This document shows positions 1 through 11,905 of a stretch of DNA of 53,051 bases, piece after piece (the first letter of the stretch is position 1; each line of letters begins with the position of its first letter). The notes under the pieces are model-generated. The model searched no databases. It was not told where the DNA came from and was given only the letters and a program-made list of their open reading frames with translations. This DNA comes from Chara braunii (Eukaryota; Plantae; Charophyceae). The stretch spans positions 4,487,762 to 4,540,812 of the forward strand of contig BFEA01000012.1 of the NCBI GenBank assembly GCA_003427395.1. The letters run 5' to 3'. A program made the position numbers and the translations under genes.

Positions 1-649
1 CTCCCCCTCCCCCTCCGCGTAATCCTCCCCCTCCCCCTCCGCGTAATCCTCCCTCTCCCCCTCGGACTCTGTCACCTTGCATGGACAAGTTGGACGGAGG
101 AAAGAACCCCCCATCACCAGATCCATCACAGGAGAGAAGAACCATGTCTGGACCGTCAGATCTGATCGGATCCGCCAGTCGTCGACGCTTCTTGGTTGGT
201 GCATTCGAAATGGACGCCATCACCATCTTCGTTCGTACACGTGGAGAGGCTTCGTACACGTGGAGGGGCTCTCCCCTCCCCAACCTCCCTTCTTTTTTTT
301 TTTTAACTCCTTAATTTCTCTATGGTCGTCTTTTCCAGCAGGACTTTCGTTTTTCTTTTTGTTTTGATTTTCTTTCACCCCTTGGCTTGGCCGACTGAAG
401 ATGATCCTTACCCGAAATCACCACCTGCAATCTGGGAGGAAATTCCTCAAAGATCATGGTCTTTCTGCTGTGGCCACTGTACGGAGCTCTACGTTATGCA
501 ATTTCATGGTCGAACACTACACTTTCATATGCGCGCGTCTGCAAAACCTCGATCAATCGAAATTCGAAAAACAGACTAATTAATTGCCCAATTCACCAAT
601 TCAGTAATAATCTCATGTGGCTATGCAGATGTCAACTGCAGAAGCAAAG

Positions 650-1082
650 GAGGAAGAAGAAGAAGAAGAACAACAACAACAACAACAACAAAAGTAGAAA
701 ACGACGACGACGACGACGACGACGACGAAGAAGAAGAAGAAGAAGGATAGTGCGAAACAGTGGCCAAGGCAGTCTTCGCACACGATTCACAAATAGATCG
801 TCACATCTCCACATGCACCACTCTCAGTATCACGCACATTTCCACATTTCCCCTGCTCATCAGGGGGGTTAATTAGCTGAAGAAGAAGAAGAAGAAGAAG
901 AAGAAGAAAGAAGAGAGAAGAAAAGATAGAAGATAGAAGACGAAAGTAGATGAGAAAGAGAAGATGAATACTGACAAACAGAGGCCAAATATTTTTCCTG
1001 CGTGCAAACTCGGAGAAATCCAGAAGAACAAACAAGAAACAGAAGAAAAAAGAGGAGGAGGAGGAGGAGGAGGAGGAGAAAG
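650..1082. repeat. Compound trinucleotide microsatellites (GAA, AAC, GAC, GAG)
   Basis: Runs of (GAA)n, (AAC)n, (GAC)n and (GAG)n are directly visible and explain the poly-K/N/R ORFs. Confidence 0.9.
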
Positions 1083-1485
1083 AGCCAGCTAGCTCTGATT
1101 ACTTGTGGATTTTCGATCGTCAGCGGCCGTTTAATTACCGACGTCCGACTTCCCGCTCATCCCACTTCATTCCCTACATGCGATTCGATTCGATGCGATG
1201 TGAGTCCATTCACATATATCCACCAAGACACGGTAAAAAAAAACACTGCGCATCGTTTCAAATTTACCTATTTATCTCTGCCGATTGTTTAAAAGAAATC
1301 GGCGGAGCGGCGCTAGTAGTCACAATCACTACAAACGAAACGCTACCGGTAGCGGGCTCGACCTCACGCATTCCCGCCCATGGGAAGTAGAGCGACAATT
1401 CACAAAACATTTTTTTTTTTGGGGGGGGGAGGTGAACAATTCACAAAACAAAATGCTAGGAAGTGGAGTCGATACGAGACATTGC

Positions 1486-1605
1486 GCCTCGCTCCACTAC
1501 TCTCGACAGGCACAGAAGACAAAAATCATGGTAGTGTATCTTTCCATGTTCGAGCGAAATATTCACTCTCTCGTTTTGCACATTTCCAGCGTAGTGGAGC
1601 GAGGC
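1486..1605 (+). mobile_element. 120-bp MITE-like element with 15-bp terminal inverted repeats
   Basis: GCCTCGCTCCACTAC (1486-1500) and GTAGTGGAGCGAGGC (1591-1605) form a perfect inverted repeat; a second copy lies inverted at 5242-5361. Confidence 0.6.
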
Positions 1606-2377
1606 CTATTCCCGCCGATGTGAAGCTGTGCGACCAGACCTTCCAGTGGACTCCACACCAAACATCCCGCCCATGCGAATGTGTGCGACAGACCTACCGT
1701 TTTCACCCGTTCGTCCCCATAGAACGCCCGGTCATTATAGCTGTATTAGGCTCAACTTTCAGTCTAGATGCACCAACGATGCCCGGGCCTCTTATTCCGG
1801 TGAAAACGGTAGTGGACTCTCCAGGGGCAAGGTCCCACTTGCACTGATTAGGAGATTGCGGCCGTTGATCTTCGCTATCGACGGTCGATATGGCATAATT
1901 AGTGTCGGAAACATTCCCGCCTTCGTAAACATTTCACATTATTACAGTATTTAAGGGTCAGATCCCACTGGCAATGACGAGTGGAATAAGTGTCTGAATC
2001 TGGACGTGTTGCACGCAGAGATGCAGAAAAGCAGATCAATCACAGTTTTCTGCACCTCGCCACAAACACGTCCAGATTCAGACACTCATTCCAATCCTCT
2101 TTCCCAGTGGGATCTCCGGCTAAGTATTATGTTCTCCGGTCACGCCGGCCGCGCATGCTCTCCTTTCATTTTCTTTCCCTTTTTCTTTCAAAAGGGCGAC
2201 GGCCTTGAGATATCATCTCATTACCGTCTTCCCCCGAAGACAACGCACCCTTATTTTGGCTGTATCTGGTCGGAAATATAGCTTGTATACATCCATTTTT
2301 AGGGTGCGTTGTGTTCGGGCGATTGCCTGGGGTAGCCAGCCCCAGGTAATTCAGAATTACCTTTCTCTGTCACCTGA

Positions 2378-2448
2378 TTGCATCTGGGATTCGAACCTTG
2401 GATCTGTACTTCAACAGTCCATGGGTGTACCAACTGAGCTAGGCCAGT
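2378..2448 (-). mobile_element. tRNA-derived SINE head or tRNA pseudogene
   Basis: Minus strand has an A box TAGCTCAGTTGG (2441-2430) and B box GGTTCGAATCC (2397-2387) at tRNA-like spacing; no clean cloverleaf. Confidence 0.65.
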
Positions 2449-3236
2449 TGTTGATCACAACGTGCGTGCTCTCCTAAGTCTCCTTTGGTCACCGCGTGCG
2501 TGCATGCATGCTGTGCTTTGAAAGAATTCCAAAAAAAGAAGCACATAGCTTTTTTAATATGTTCTACAGCTATATCGCCCATCTGAAATATTGTGCGACT
2601 TAAAAATTAAAAAAAATTAAAAAAATTGTGCGACAGATTCGCATGAGTTATGCCCGCGCATGATATGATGCTTTCGTTACAGCCAGCCGTTCACACCCAT
2701 GACTCATTACCACAGGCTCCCGGTACTAGTAACTTGTAAGTACGGGTGTGCTCGCGCTACGATTTCCTGCATGTACCTGTCCTCATAGAGAGCCAGGTTC
2801 AGCCGGGAAGAGTCCCAGCGTTCGTATGACCTTCGCGTCGACATAGACAGAGAAAGTAGGGCCTCGCGTCGCCTGTTCAATCGTTCAGGAGAGAGATTGG
2901 CAAAAGACGCAAAGTACTACTAAGTGCATACTGAGACTCGATCCATCCGGCATGTATGTGGCCGTCATTACGCCCAAATGCGTCGATTCGATACTAGAAG
3001 GTCTGTGTCGTTAAGGTATTCATTCACGTTCTCTCCTCCGCAGCTCTACTCACAAATTCATCCTTGTTTTCAGTCTGGAAAAGAAATGATTTGTTTAAAA
3101 AAAAAAAAAAAAAAATCATCCTGTGGTTCTCGCACGTCTCGCCTCCACAGCTCTACTGACACACAAATTTTTCATTTTGACAATTGTAGTGAAGTCGTAC
3201 ATGCTCACACAAAAGAAGGACCGAAAATGCCACTCC

Positions 3237-3290
3237 NNNNNNNNNNNNNNNNNNNNNNNNNNNNNNNNNNNNNNNNNNNNNNNNNNNNNN
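3237..3290. other. Assembly gap followed by poly(A)
   Basis: Run of N, then about 40 A. Confidence 0.99.
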
Positions 3291-3334
<44 letters not shown>

Positions 3335-3429
3335 GCGGCTCAACGAATCTGAAGAGGCCTGCTCCACTTGTTGATATGGCGGGTTTCTTATTCATTCCCC
3401 TCCTCAGAATCACGGCGGCAACGAGAGAT

Positions 3430-3875
3430 CGGTTTTCCTAATTGGATCTTGATTCATCTGTAACAAGGACAGAAGGAGGGGGGGTGAGGGGGGAGAAGAA
3501 GAGGAGGAGGGAGGAGAGAGGAGGGGAGGAGAGAGGAGGGGAGGAAGAAGAAGGGGAGGGAGGAAGAGGAGGAGCTAAAAGAGGCACAGAGTGGGGGTGA
3601 GTATCTAAACCAGATTCGATTCCTTCGAGCCTCCGGTCTTTTGTTTTCCCCCTTTGCTGCGTACACAAAGTCCACACTGTGAATCAGAGCGCGAAGTCGT
3701 AAAAAAACAAAACAAGGAAGGAAAGTCCCACCTGTTCATCTATATATAGTCAACCAGAGCCTGCCCGTAAACCGTAGGCAGAGAGAACAAACGAGTGGCT
3801 GTGACAAACTGTTTCGTATATATATACATTTGCGCTCCGATTTCCAGTGTGACGATATATATATATATATATCGT

Positions 3876-3908
<33 letters not shown>

Positions 3909-4760
3909 CAGGGGGAGTTATAAGGAAGAAGATAAAAAAATCAATTCATTTTTTCCTGTTTTTCTTTCTTTCTTTCTTTTTTCCTTTTTTTCGCTTTTGC
4001 GCTCTGATATTCTTGTGACAATATATACATACATATATATATATGGTTCTATTTTTTGGGGGGAGGGGGAGGCGGACGGAGAACGGAGGACGGAGCCGTT
4101 CTAGGCCCCTAAGAAAACTGTTTCAGAAAGGAACTAGCTTCTGCATGAGCTCCCGAATGCCTTTCAGGCGAGCAGTCGGTTAATCTAGTCCCAGTTAGGA
4201 TGATGTTGAGATTGGGCTAGAAAAAGCAGGACTGAATGGTTAAACTGTTTAGCATTGGCCGTAGGATGGGAATAGACATATCTATCTCCTCGGTCAAATT
4301 TTTTGATCTGAGCTTCAAGGTTTGCTTTGAGAAGTAGTAATTCAGACGGGAATGGAGTGGTCCTGGGACGCTGGACCCGGTTTCCAGCATGGTGATTGGT
4401 TACTTCCGGGTTGAATTGTGAGGACCCCGGCCTCGACCACTATTCCTTTGGAATATAAAGTGACAACTTCTCAAAAGAAAAAAAGAAAAAAGAAAAAAGA
4501 AAAAAAAGAAAAAAAGAAAGAACGGAGGACGGAGGACGGAGGACGGAGGAGAGAGGAGTGGAGAAAGAAGAAGGGGAGGGAGGAGAAGGAGGCGGCGGAT
4601 CTAAAGGAGAGGCAGACAGTCGGGGAGCAGGGTAAATGCCTCCTTGACGGTGAGTATCTAAATCAGATTCGATTCCTTTGAACTTCAGATCCTTTTTTTC
4701 TTTTTCCCCTCTCGTTTGTGCAGAGATGTTTGCAGCGTATCGAACCTTCGACAAATGAGC
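3430..4760 (+). repeat. Two diverged copies (~3470-3690 and ~4540-4760) of a purine-rich repeat
   Basis: Shared GGTGAGTATCTAAAYCAGATTCGATTCCTT after GA-rich tracts near 3596 and 4649. Confidence 0.6.
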
Positions 4761-5241
4761 AACAATGCGAGGAAGGAGGAAAGGGAAAGCCGAGTGGAAG
4801 AGACGGAACACACGTTGCCGACCCGGAGCAGACAATAAAGAGGGACCCGTTGGTATCAACCAAGAAGGAGAAAAGGAATCTCAACGGAATCTTACAGCAA
4901 ATAGAGAAAAAGGTGGGGGGGGGGAGACCGCCGCGACAGCCACCCAGCGCAGCAAGGAGGAGGAGGAGGAGGGGAAGCACGCATCTCAGAGTAGAACGAC
5001 TGACCTTGAAGACGTCCATTGATACAACTGGAGCAGCACAAAGACGATCAGATGATTAGAATGGCTGCTATGCACGCAAGGACGACAAAGTCGAAAGGAA
5101 GAGGACGGTGTTCAAAATCAACAAGGAAAACACACGCAGGTTGCCCGCCAAAAACACAAACAAAAAGAGGAAGACACTGGCAGCTGACTTGGCGTGACAA
5201 CACAGAGTAGTTGGCTGGCGGCGCGTGTGCAGACATATCGG

Positions 5242-5361
5242 GCCTCGCTCGACTACTCTGGAAATGTGCAAAACGAGAGAGTGAATCTTCCGCTAGAACA
5301 TGGAAAGATACACCACCATGATTTTTGTGTTTTGTGCATTTCAAGAGTAGTGGAGCGAGGC
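5242..5361 (-). mobile_element. Second copy of the 120-bp MITE-like element, inverted
   Basis: Reverse complement of 1486-1605 with scattered substitutions; TIRs retained with one mismatch. Confidence 0.6.
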
Positions 5362-8300
5362 GCATCGCCAGAACCCGCCACTCGTGTTCGTGCCACGGAC
5401 TGACGGAAGGACGGAATTTTTCCCTTTTTTCCTTTTTTCTATCCATGCAACGTAATCCATCCCATCCCACACCCACAGGTGGGTTTGACAGGTTCGTTTG
5501 CCCCTTCCTCCCTCCCTCCCTCCCTCCCTCCGCCCACCCTTCTCCCTGTCCAGATATCGACCACGGTAGGAGACAACCCGTTCACCCCCGTGCATCCAGT
5601 AGGCGCCTCGGGGGGCTGTGGAGGGTGGAGGTGCGACAGGCGCGGAGTCCATGCGGATGCAGCGAAGCTCCCCTAGAGAGAGACTATTATGTTGGTCACG
5701 CACTAGCGCCCAGGGGCCGAGACCGAGTAGGATGTCGGCTGAATGATGATAATGATGAAGTCTTGGGTTCAAGTTCGACGTGAGTTCGAATCGCGAGGGG
5801 GTATATTCCGCCCATCCTGAGTGGTAGAAAAATGAAAAAAAGGAAAAACGCGCAATCAGAATCTTTTACCGTTGTAAGAAGGGGGGGAATCATTATTTAT
5901 CGCTGACATTTCCCGTCTGCCGGCAGGAGGAGAACGATCGCGCTGGCCCGCCGGCGAGAAAGAGATCCCTCTCTTGCCGCCCTTTTTACCTTTTTCGGAC
6001 GGATTTTTGGTGACGATCGATGTATGGCGGGGGACACACGGCCTGGCCGCACTGCTCAAACAAATGTGTGAAATGGCACATGGATTTTCTCATAGAATGT
6101 GGGAAGATACACGCGCCATAGCTTCGGTATTTTTCGGATTCAATTCAGTGAGGCGGTATGGCGAAGGTCCACAGCTGCTCGCAATCAGTTTTTCCAACGA
6201 AAAATGATATTCATATTTTCATATTTTCATATATTCATATTTCATCCCTCCCATGTGCGACGAGGCGGCGTGCAGTGATTTCACGCTGTGACGCTGGACG
6301 CCGCTCACCACGCCAATCGCCGGGTAGCTTTTGCCAGGATGGCCAGCCACGAAGGCAAGCCGACACGACGGACATTTATTTTGGATTTTTTCTCACTGAT
6401 GTACGACGCAACCGGTGGCGGCCGTGAGAGAGAACGAGACGAAGGAAACCGGCTGGCAAAGGCTCTCGCTCCACTACTGTCCACTGTCCAATTTCGGATA
6501 GTGCGACGTCTCTCCACTTGCTGTCTACTGTGCAAGTACAAAATTGGTCGGACCATGGGAAATGGGGCAATGCCTGATCACCCCACATCGCCGCCATGAG
6601 GGGCTGACGGCCTACAGTCTTCACCCGAAAATAAAGAGGCGGGCGTGATATTCAACTTACCCTAAAAAGATCAGATTTTCCTTTTTACTCTCTTTTTCTT
6701 AAATAGACACCCCATAGAATAGAACGCCTGGGCGTTATATGTGAATGTTCCATGGGCAGAGTGCCGTGTAGAGGTAGTAAACATGGGTTTTTTACAGGAT
6801 TTGCTGAATTTTGTTTTCTTATTGAATTTGGGCCCCCCACCAAAGTTGCCATAAATTTACTGAATATAACGGTTGGGTGTCGTCGAGCGCATCGGTCCCG
6901 CAGGGAAACCCTCCCGGGCAATGGAGCTTTTGTCACCGCTCCGGTCGAGTGCGCCAGCCATACCTCTCGTGAACCCCTACGACAGGATAGGGCCACTCAA
7001 GGTATAACTTACCTCCGCCCAAGGGGTTGTCACCACCCTTGAACGGGCGTATACCCATCGAGCTACCGAATCACGTGCGAAAGTTAATCAGTTGCAATAG
7101 CAGAGGTAGCCCCGCTGAGGGTGTTTTCTCGTACATTGTAGCACAGGGGATACGCGTGGTCGCATGCCTCTATCGGACCCATCCGTGAATCGACGCACTG
7201 GAGGGTTGAAGTCCCAAGCGCGACTTATCATCGTCAACTAGGACGTATCCTTCTTACCACGCATTACACCACGCCAAAGACCAATGAATTTTATTACTCA
7301 CACAAACAAAACACTCCTAGTCCCTTCAGTATCCAACCCATAACCTTTCGACACAAAATTGGTTGGGCATCATGCGCAAGACTTAAGATAAAACGGCATG
7401 AACGGAAGGCTTTCTCGTACCGACTAGCCATGTCCTAATATGCGAGCAGTCGCAATGATGATGTACTATGTAGTACTCGTAATTGTGCGACCCTCGATGG
7501 TCTCAAGGGTCGCGTCCGGCACGCATGTGTCGGCTGACACACGCCTTGAGGGATTAATCTCTCGACGCTAAACAACCGCCAAGGCAGTTGAGAGGTCTGC
7601 CCTCTTCTGCACCTTGCGGAGAGTGAGTGGTAAACAAGTTCAGACCTCTTTGTCGCGGCCAGCACTTATGGTCTTCGAGACGCGCTCCATCATCCACGGT
7701 CTGAGAGAAGTCAAGGGGTTTGACTTTGAGGGTTGTCATGGACATCAACGTCCAGCTATAAAAATTTCATAAAGAAAGAGCAAACGAGGATTTTTTTTTT
7801 TTTTCAAAACATATTCGTTCAACTTTTACACACGGTCACTGTAGACCACGCGAATGCTCATAATATATACATTCACACATATGTAAAAGGGTATAAGATA
7901 TGAGACGATCACTTCTCATAATCACGGTGAAACTTCCTTCAAACATATGTATGCGATGGCAGACAGAGTCAAATCCTGAGTTCAAACCACAACCATACTT
8001 GTAATCACATCAAAGATTCGACCAAAAGTTATCGCACTACATGGGTCAACTTCAACCACTTTTTGCGCTCGTACCCCTTGCTTTAGTCAAACCAGCCTCC
8101 CCCTTTGCCCAACCTTCCATAATAAAATACTCAGTATCTTTGTTAAATGACCATTCAATAACGTCTGGGTGAAAACCCAACAAAACAATTCAAACCACAG
8201 GGGCTTAAGCCTTTTAGGTTTATGAGCGAGAGTGAGTTAAAGTTGAGTCGTAAACCGCCGAATCAGCAACCGGCATGTTATCAATGATTACAAAAGATGA

Positions 8301-8559
8301 TCCTCGTGAGATCAAGTTGAGACTAGTCCGATCTTGAATTGAAGTGATTAAAAATGACCTGCAACACAGCGCAGGTCAAACCTCAAGACTAAACTATAAT
8401 TGTATGAAGAATAAACCTCCATACAATGTTTCACTCAAGTCCTTCGGATAGTTATGAGGTTTAAATCTATCTCTAAGCAAGTGTCAAAGGAAAGGGAGAC
8501 CTTTGGTAACATCTCCCCCGTACAGGGTGGATCGTCAGAATATTCGCTATGAGAATATA

Positions 8560-9200
8560 ATCTAACTTTGTTGAAGTAAGAAAAATTCGACAGCACTTCC
8601 TGTAGGAAAAGTACCTTCTCGGAATTTATATTCGTTCGAATGTGAAAACTAAAATTGTCATCAGTTGTAGAGAGTCAAATTTTGTCTGACTTTCTTATTT
8701 AACAAAAAATAAGTTCCTTTAGAGAAGTAGACTTTTCATATTTATACTGAGTCACATCAGAACTCGAAACAATACTTGAGTTTCTGTTAAGTCAAAATTT
8801 AACCAACTCTTTATATTTGTAGAAATTTCGACATCACTCCCTCTAGAGAAGTGTCAATCTAAAATTTATACTAAGTTGATTTTAACTTTCCAAAGCCAAA
8901 TTTTATCGAACTCCCTGAATTAGCAAAAAAATTCATAGAAAAGAAGGTTTTCCATATTTTTACTAAGCCAGATATAAAGCTTATACAAAAGTTGAGTTTT
9001 GAAAAATTAAAATTTAGCTAACTGCTTCGTTTTGTTGAAATTTCATCAGTGTTCCCCGTAGAGAAAGTAGCTTCCCGAAATTTATACAGAACCAAGTAAT
9101 ATAAAGGATCTAATAAAATCCGAGAATGTGAATTAAGTAAAATAAACTTAACTCAAAAAATGGAGGAATTTAACTAACTTCTACAGCTCCAGCACGCGAC
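8560..9200. repeat. Diverged ~120-bp tandem repeat inside element A (ortholog in B at ~33960-34640)
   Basis: Recurring TAGAGAAGTAG...AAATTTATAC motif at about 120-bp period. Confidence 0.6.
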
Positions 9201-9302
9201 GAGCATCTAAAGCAACTACCTATCAAAGTTTAAATTCATACTAATAGAAGTTTATACTCATCCACAATATTTAGTACTCTCCCCACGTCCCAAAATGGAA
9301 CC

Positions 9303-11079
9303 AACATCGAATTTGTGAAAACCTAACAAAATCATAAAACCTAACATTTTTTATAGAATGAAAAAGTAAAAGTCAAACTGTTATTTTTGACACATAAAAT
9401 ATTTTAACTGTTTCCCGATAAAAAAGGCAAAAAAAAAGGCAAAAAGTCTAGTGATTCTCAAAATGTGCAAGAAAATCATTTCCAACAAAGAGCATGTTAT
9501 AAAACTATAAGTCGTTCTCTGTAGACTGACAAAAAACATAACTCAAATAAGATAATATTTAAGGACTTCAAAGGGCACTCGAAAGATGTTAGAAAATACA
9601 GTTTCAGTATATACTCATTTGTAGAACTATAAGTCGTTTTCAACAGTTTGGTAAAAATCAAACTTTGCGAAAACTAGTTTATAGAACTATAAATTAATAT
9701 AAATTCATTTTTAAGTTAACTGTAAAACCCTTGTCCAAAAAATATATGTTATGTAAAAGAATAATTCAAGCAAGTTTTGTTTGGAAGACATCCTCAAATT
9801 TTTAGTTAACCACGATTTAAAAAAAAAATATATTTATATATATAGAGAGAGAGTTGCCAGGCCGAACGTACGGAGGACCCTAAGCTGACCCCCGAACGTT
9901 CGGACGTTGGGGACCATCGAAGGGGTTCAGATTTCGCAAAAAAATATTTTAGTACCTAAAAATTATTTTTTTTTTTCTGATTTTTTTTTGTGTGTTCTAT
10001 GTTATGTAAGCTACCTGTCTATCAATTTTGAAGTCATTCTGTGGAGCCAAACAATAATGAAAAATCGGCAAAGATGGTGGTGTCAAAACTTCATTTCCCA
10101 CTTACTAATTTGTTTTTTTTTCTCTTTTCACTTTTTGTTTTCCCTTTTATTTCGGGGCCTGAAAAAAATTATTATTTTTTCAAACTTTATTTCTAGGTTC
10201 ACTGTTATGTAAGATACATATGTATAAAATTTCATGGCATTTGACAAAGCCNNNNNNNNNNNNNNNNNNNNNNNNNNNNNNNNNNNNNNNNNNNNNNNNN
10301 NNNNNNNNNNNNNNNNNNNNNNNNNNNNNNNNNNNNNNNNNNNNNNNNNNNNNNNNNNNNNNNNNNNNNNNNNNNNNNNNNNNNNNNNNNNNNNNNNNNN
10401 NNNNNNNNNNNNNNNNNNNNNNNNNNNNNNNNNNNNNNNNNNNNNNNNNNNNNNNNNNNNNNNNNNNNNNNNNNNNNNNNNNNNNNNNNNNNNNNNNNNN
10501 NNNNNNNNNNNNNNNNNNNNNNNNNNNNNNNNNNNNNNNNNNNNNNCCGAACGCGTCGAGAGGGGCTCCCAAACGTTCGGGCGTTCGGGTTTGGGCGTTC
10601 GGCCCGTCTCGAACACCGAAAACCCTGTACATATATATATATATATATGTGTGACGATATATATATATATATAATAAAAAATAATATATTCGTCCATGTA
10701 GGAGAGGACATATGAGAGCGAATGTATTCGTGAACGAGAATATGTGTGCGTCTTTGGAAAACCCCCGAGTAGGTTCGTCGTGCTACATACCTTCTAGAAT
10801 TATAAATATTATTTTTTTAATAAAGAAAAAAATGGGGTATTTCAGTTTCTGAACAAACGGTGCTTTGCGAGGTAGTGATTTTTTGTAAAAAAACTTGTTT
10901 CTCTCATCACCACTTCCAGTGGTTCGAAAAAAGTAATTTTGTGTTCCTTTTTTGTTGTTAATTTTTTTCACATATAATTTTATTCATGTAGGAGGCCTTA
11001 ACAATGTACTATCAGGAACTTTAAAAAATTTCGTGCAAACCTAACAATTTTTTTTATAGGTTTTCACGAATCCTATGTT
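9303..11079. mobile_element. Non-autonomous TIR element with 4-bp TSD (AACC) nested in A
   Basis: TIRs AACATCGAATTTGTGAAAACCTA and TAGGTTTTCACGAATCCTATGTT; AACC at 9299-9302 and 11080-11083; absent from the orthologous site in B (~33870). Confidence 0.75.
9845..10627. mobile_element. Non-autonomous DNA element with CCGAACG subterminal repeats in a (TA)n tract; spans gap 10252-10546
   Basis: Starts GAGAG/GAGTTGCCAGG, ends CCGAAAACCCTG; CCGAAC/GTTCGG motifs cluster at both ends; similar motifs in 34762-35112. Confidence 0.5.
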
Positions 11080-11149
11080 AACCTTGTCAACAATAGTTCA
11101 TATTCTCTCAATAATATATTTATTTTTACCCAACTTATATAAAGTGTAA

Positions 11150-11905
11150 GTTGGACCATTCATTGAATATACACAAAGACAAAGCAATATTAACTTTCTC
11201 TTCTTTGGGCATGTGACAAGATCATTCAACTTAGAATCAACGCCAAGTCGCCGTGAACAGTTCAAGTAGCCAAGTTATATATAATTTTTTGCTCTTAATC
11301 TTTTAAGGTAGCATAGGACCGAACCGTTCAGCTTAGAAACAAAGTGCAAGCTGCCCCTTCTTACCATCAATTAATATTATTAATCAATACTATTTTTATT
11401 ATGATAAGCTATAGTCAGACCATTCAACTTAAAAACAAAGTCTGACTAGCCTGTTCATAAACTATACTAGTGATAGAGTATAAAAAAAATTATTTATTAA
11501 TTTTGTTATGTGCGTGACTCCAAACCAAACCATTCAACTTAGAAATAAAGTTTGATCCTTCACCCGATCTCCCTAAGAATAAACAAAAAATATTTTGAGT
11601 CATTTAACTTAGAAACAAAACTCAAACCTTTTTTTTCATAAACAATAAAGAAACATAAGGAGACTGAGTTATTCAACGTAGAAACAAAACTCAGTCTCGC
11701 TTAGAAAATCCCAAAGTAAATCAAGGCGACCAAGCTATTCAACTTAGGAACAAAGATTGGACCCTGAAAATGCAGTCGTTTGCAACCCTCGCAAGTCAGA
11801 GCAACCAAACCATCCAACTTAGGAACAAAGTTCGTTCTTCCAAGCAGTCAAAATAAAACATGGCACTGAGTCTTTCAACTTAGAAACAAAGTTCAAACTT
11901 TGGTT
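11150..11905. repeat. Array of ~9-10 constant-loop hairpin repeats (CATTCAACTTAGAAACAAA) in element A
   Basis: Motif recurs every ~60-110 bp; several units are flanked by unit-specific inverted repeats, e.g. TAGTCAGAC/GTCTGACTA (11412-11448) and GAGACTGAGTT/AACTCAGTCTC (11660-11698). Confidence 0.85.

Noticed and set aside
77-6624. Short ORFs as host genes
   Set aside because: Low-complexity, microsatellite-driven translations with no recognisable domains.
8185-8215. RNase MRP 3' conserved region (ACAGGGGCTTA)
   Set aside because: No matching upstream GAAAGTCCCC-type region for the P4 pairing was found.
11150-11905. CRISPR array
   Set aside because: Repeats are degenerate, spacing is irregular, spacers are orthologous among three element copies, no cas genes are present and the context is eukaryotic.
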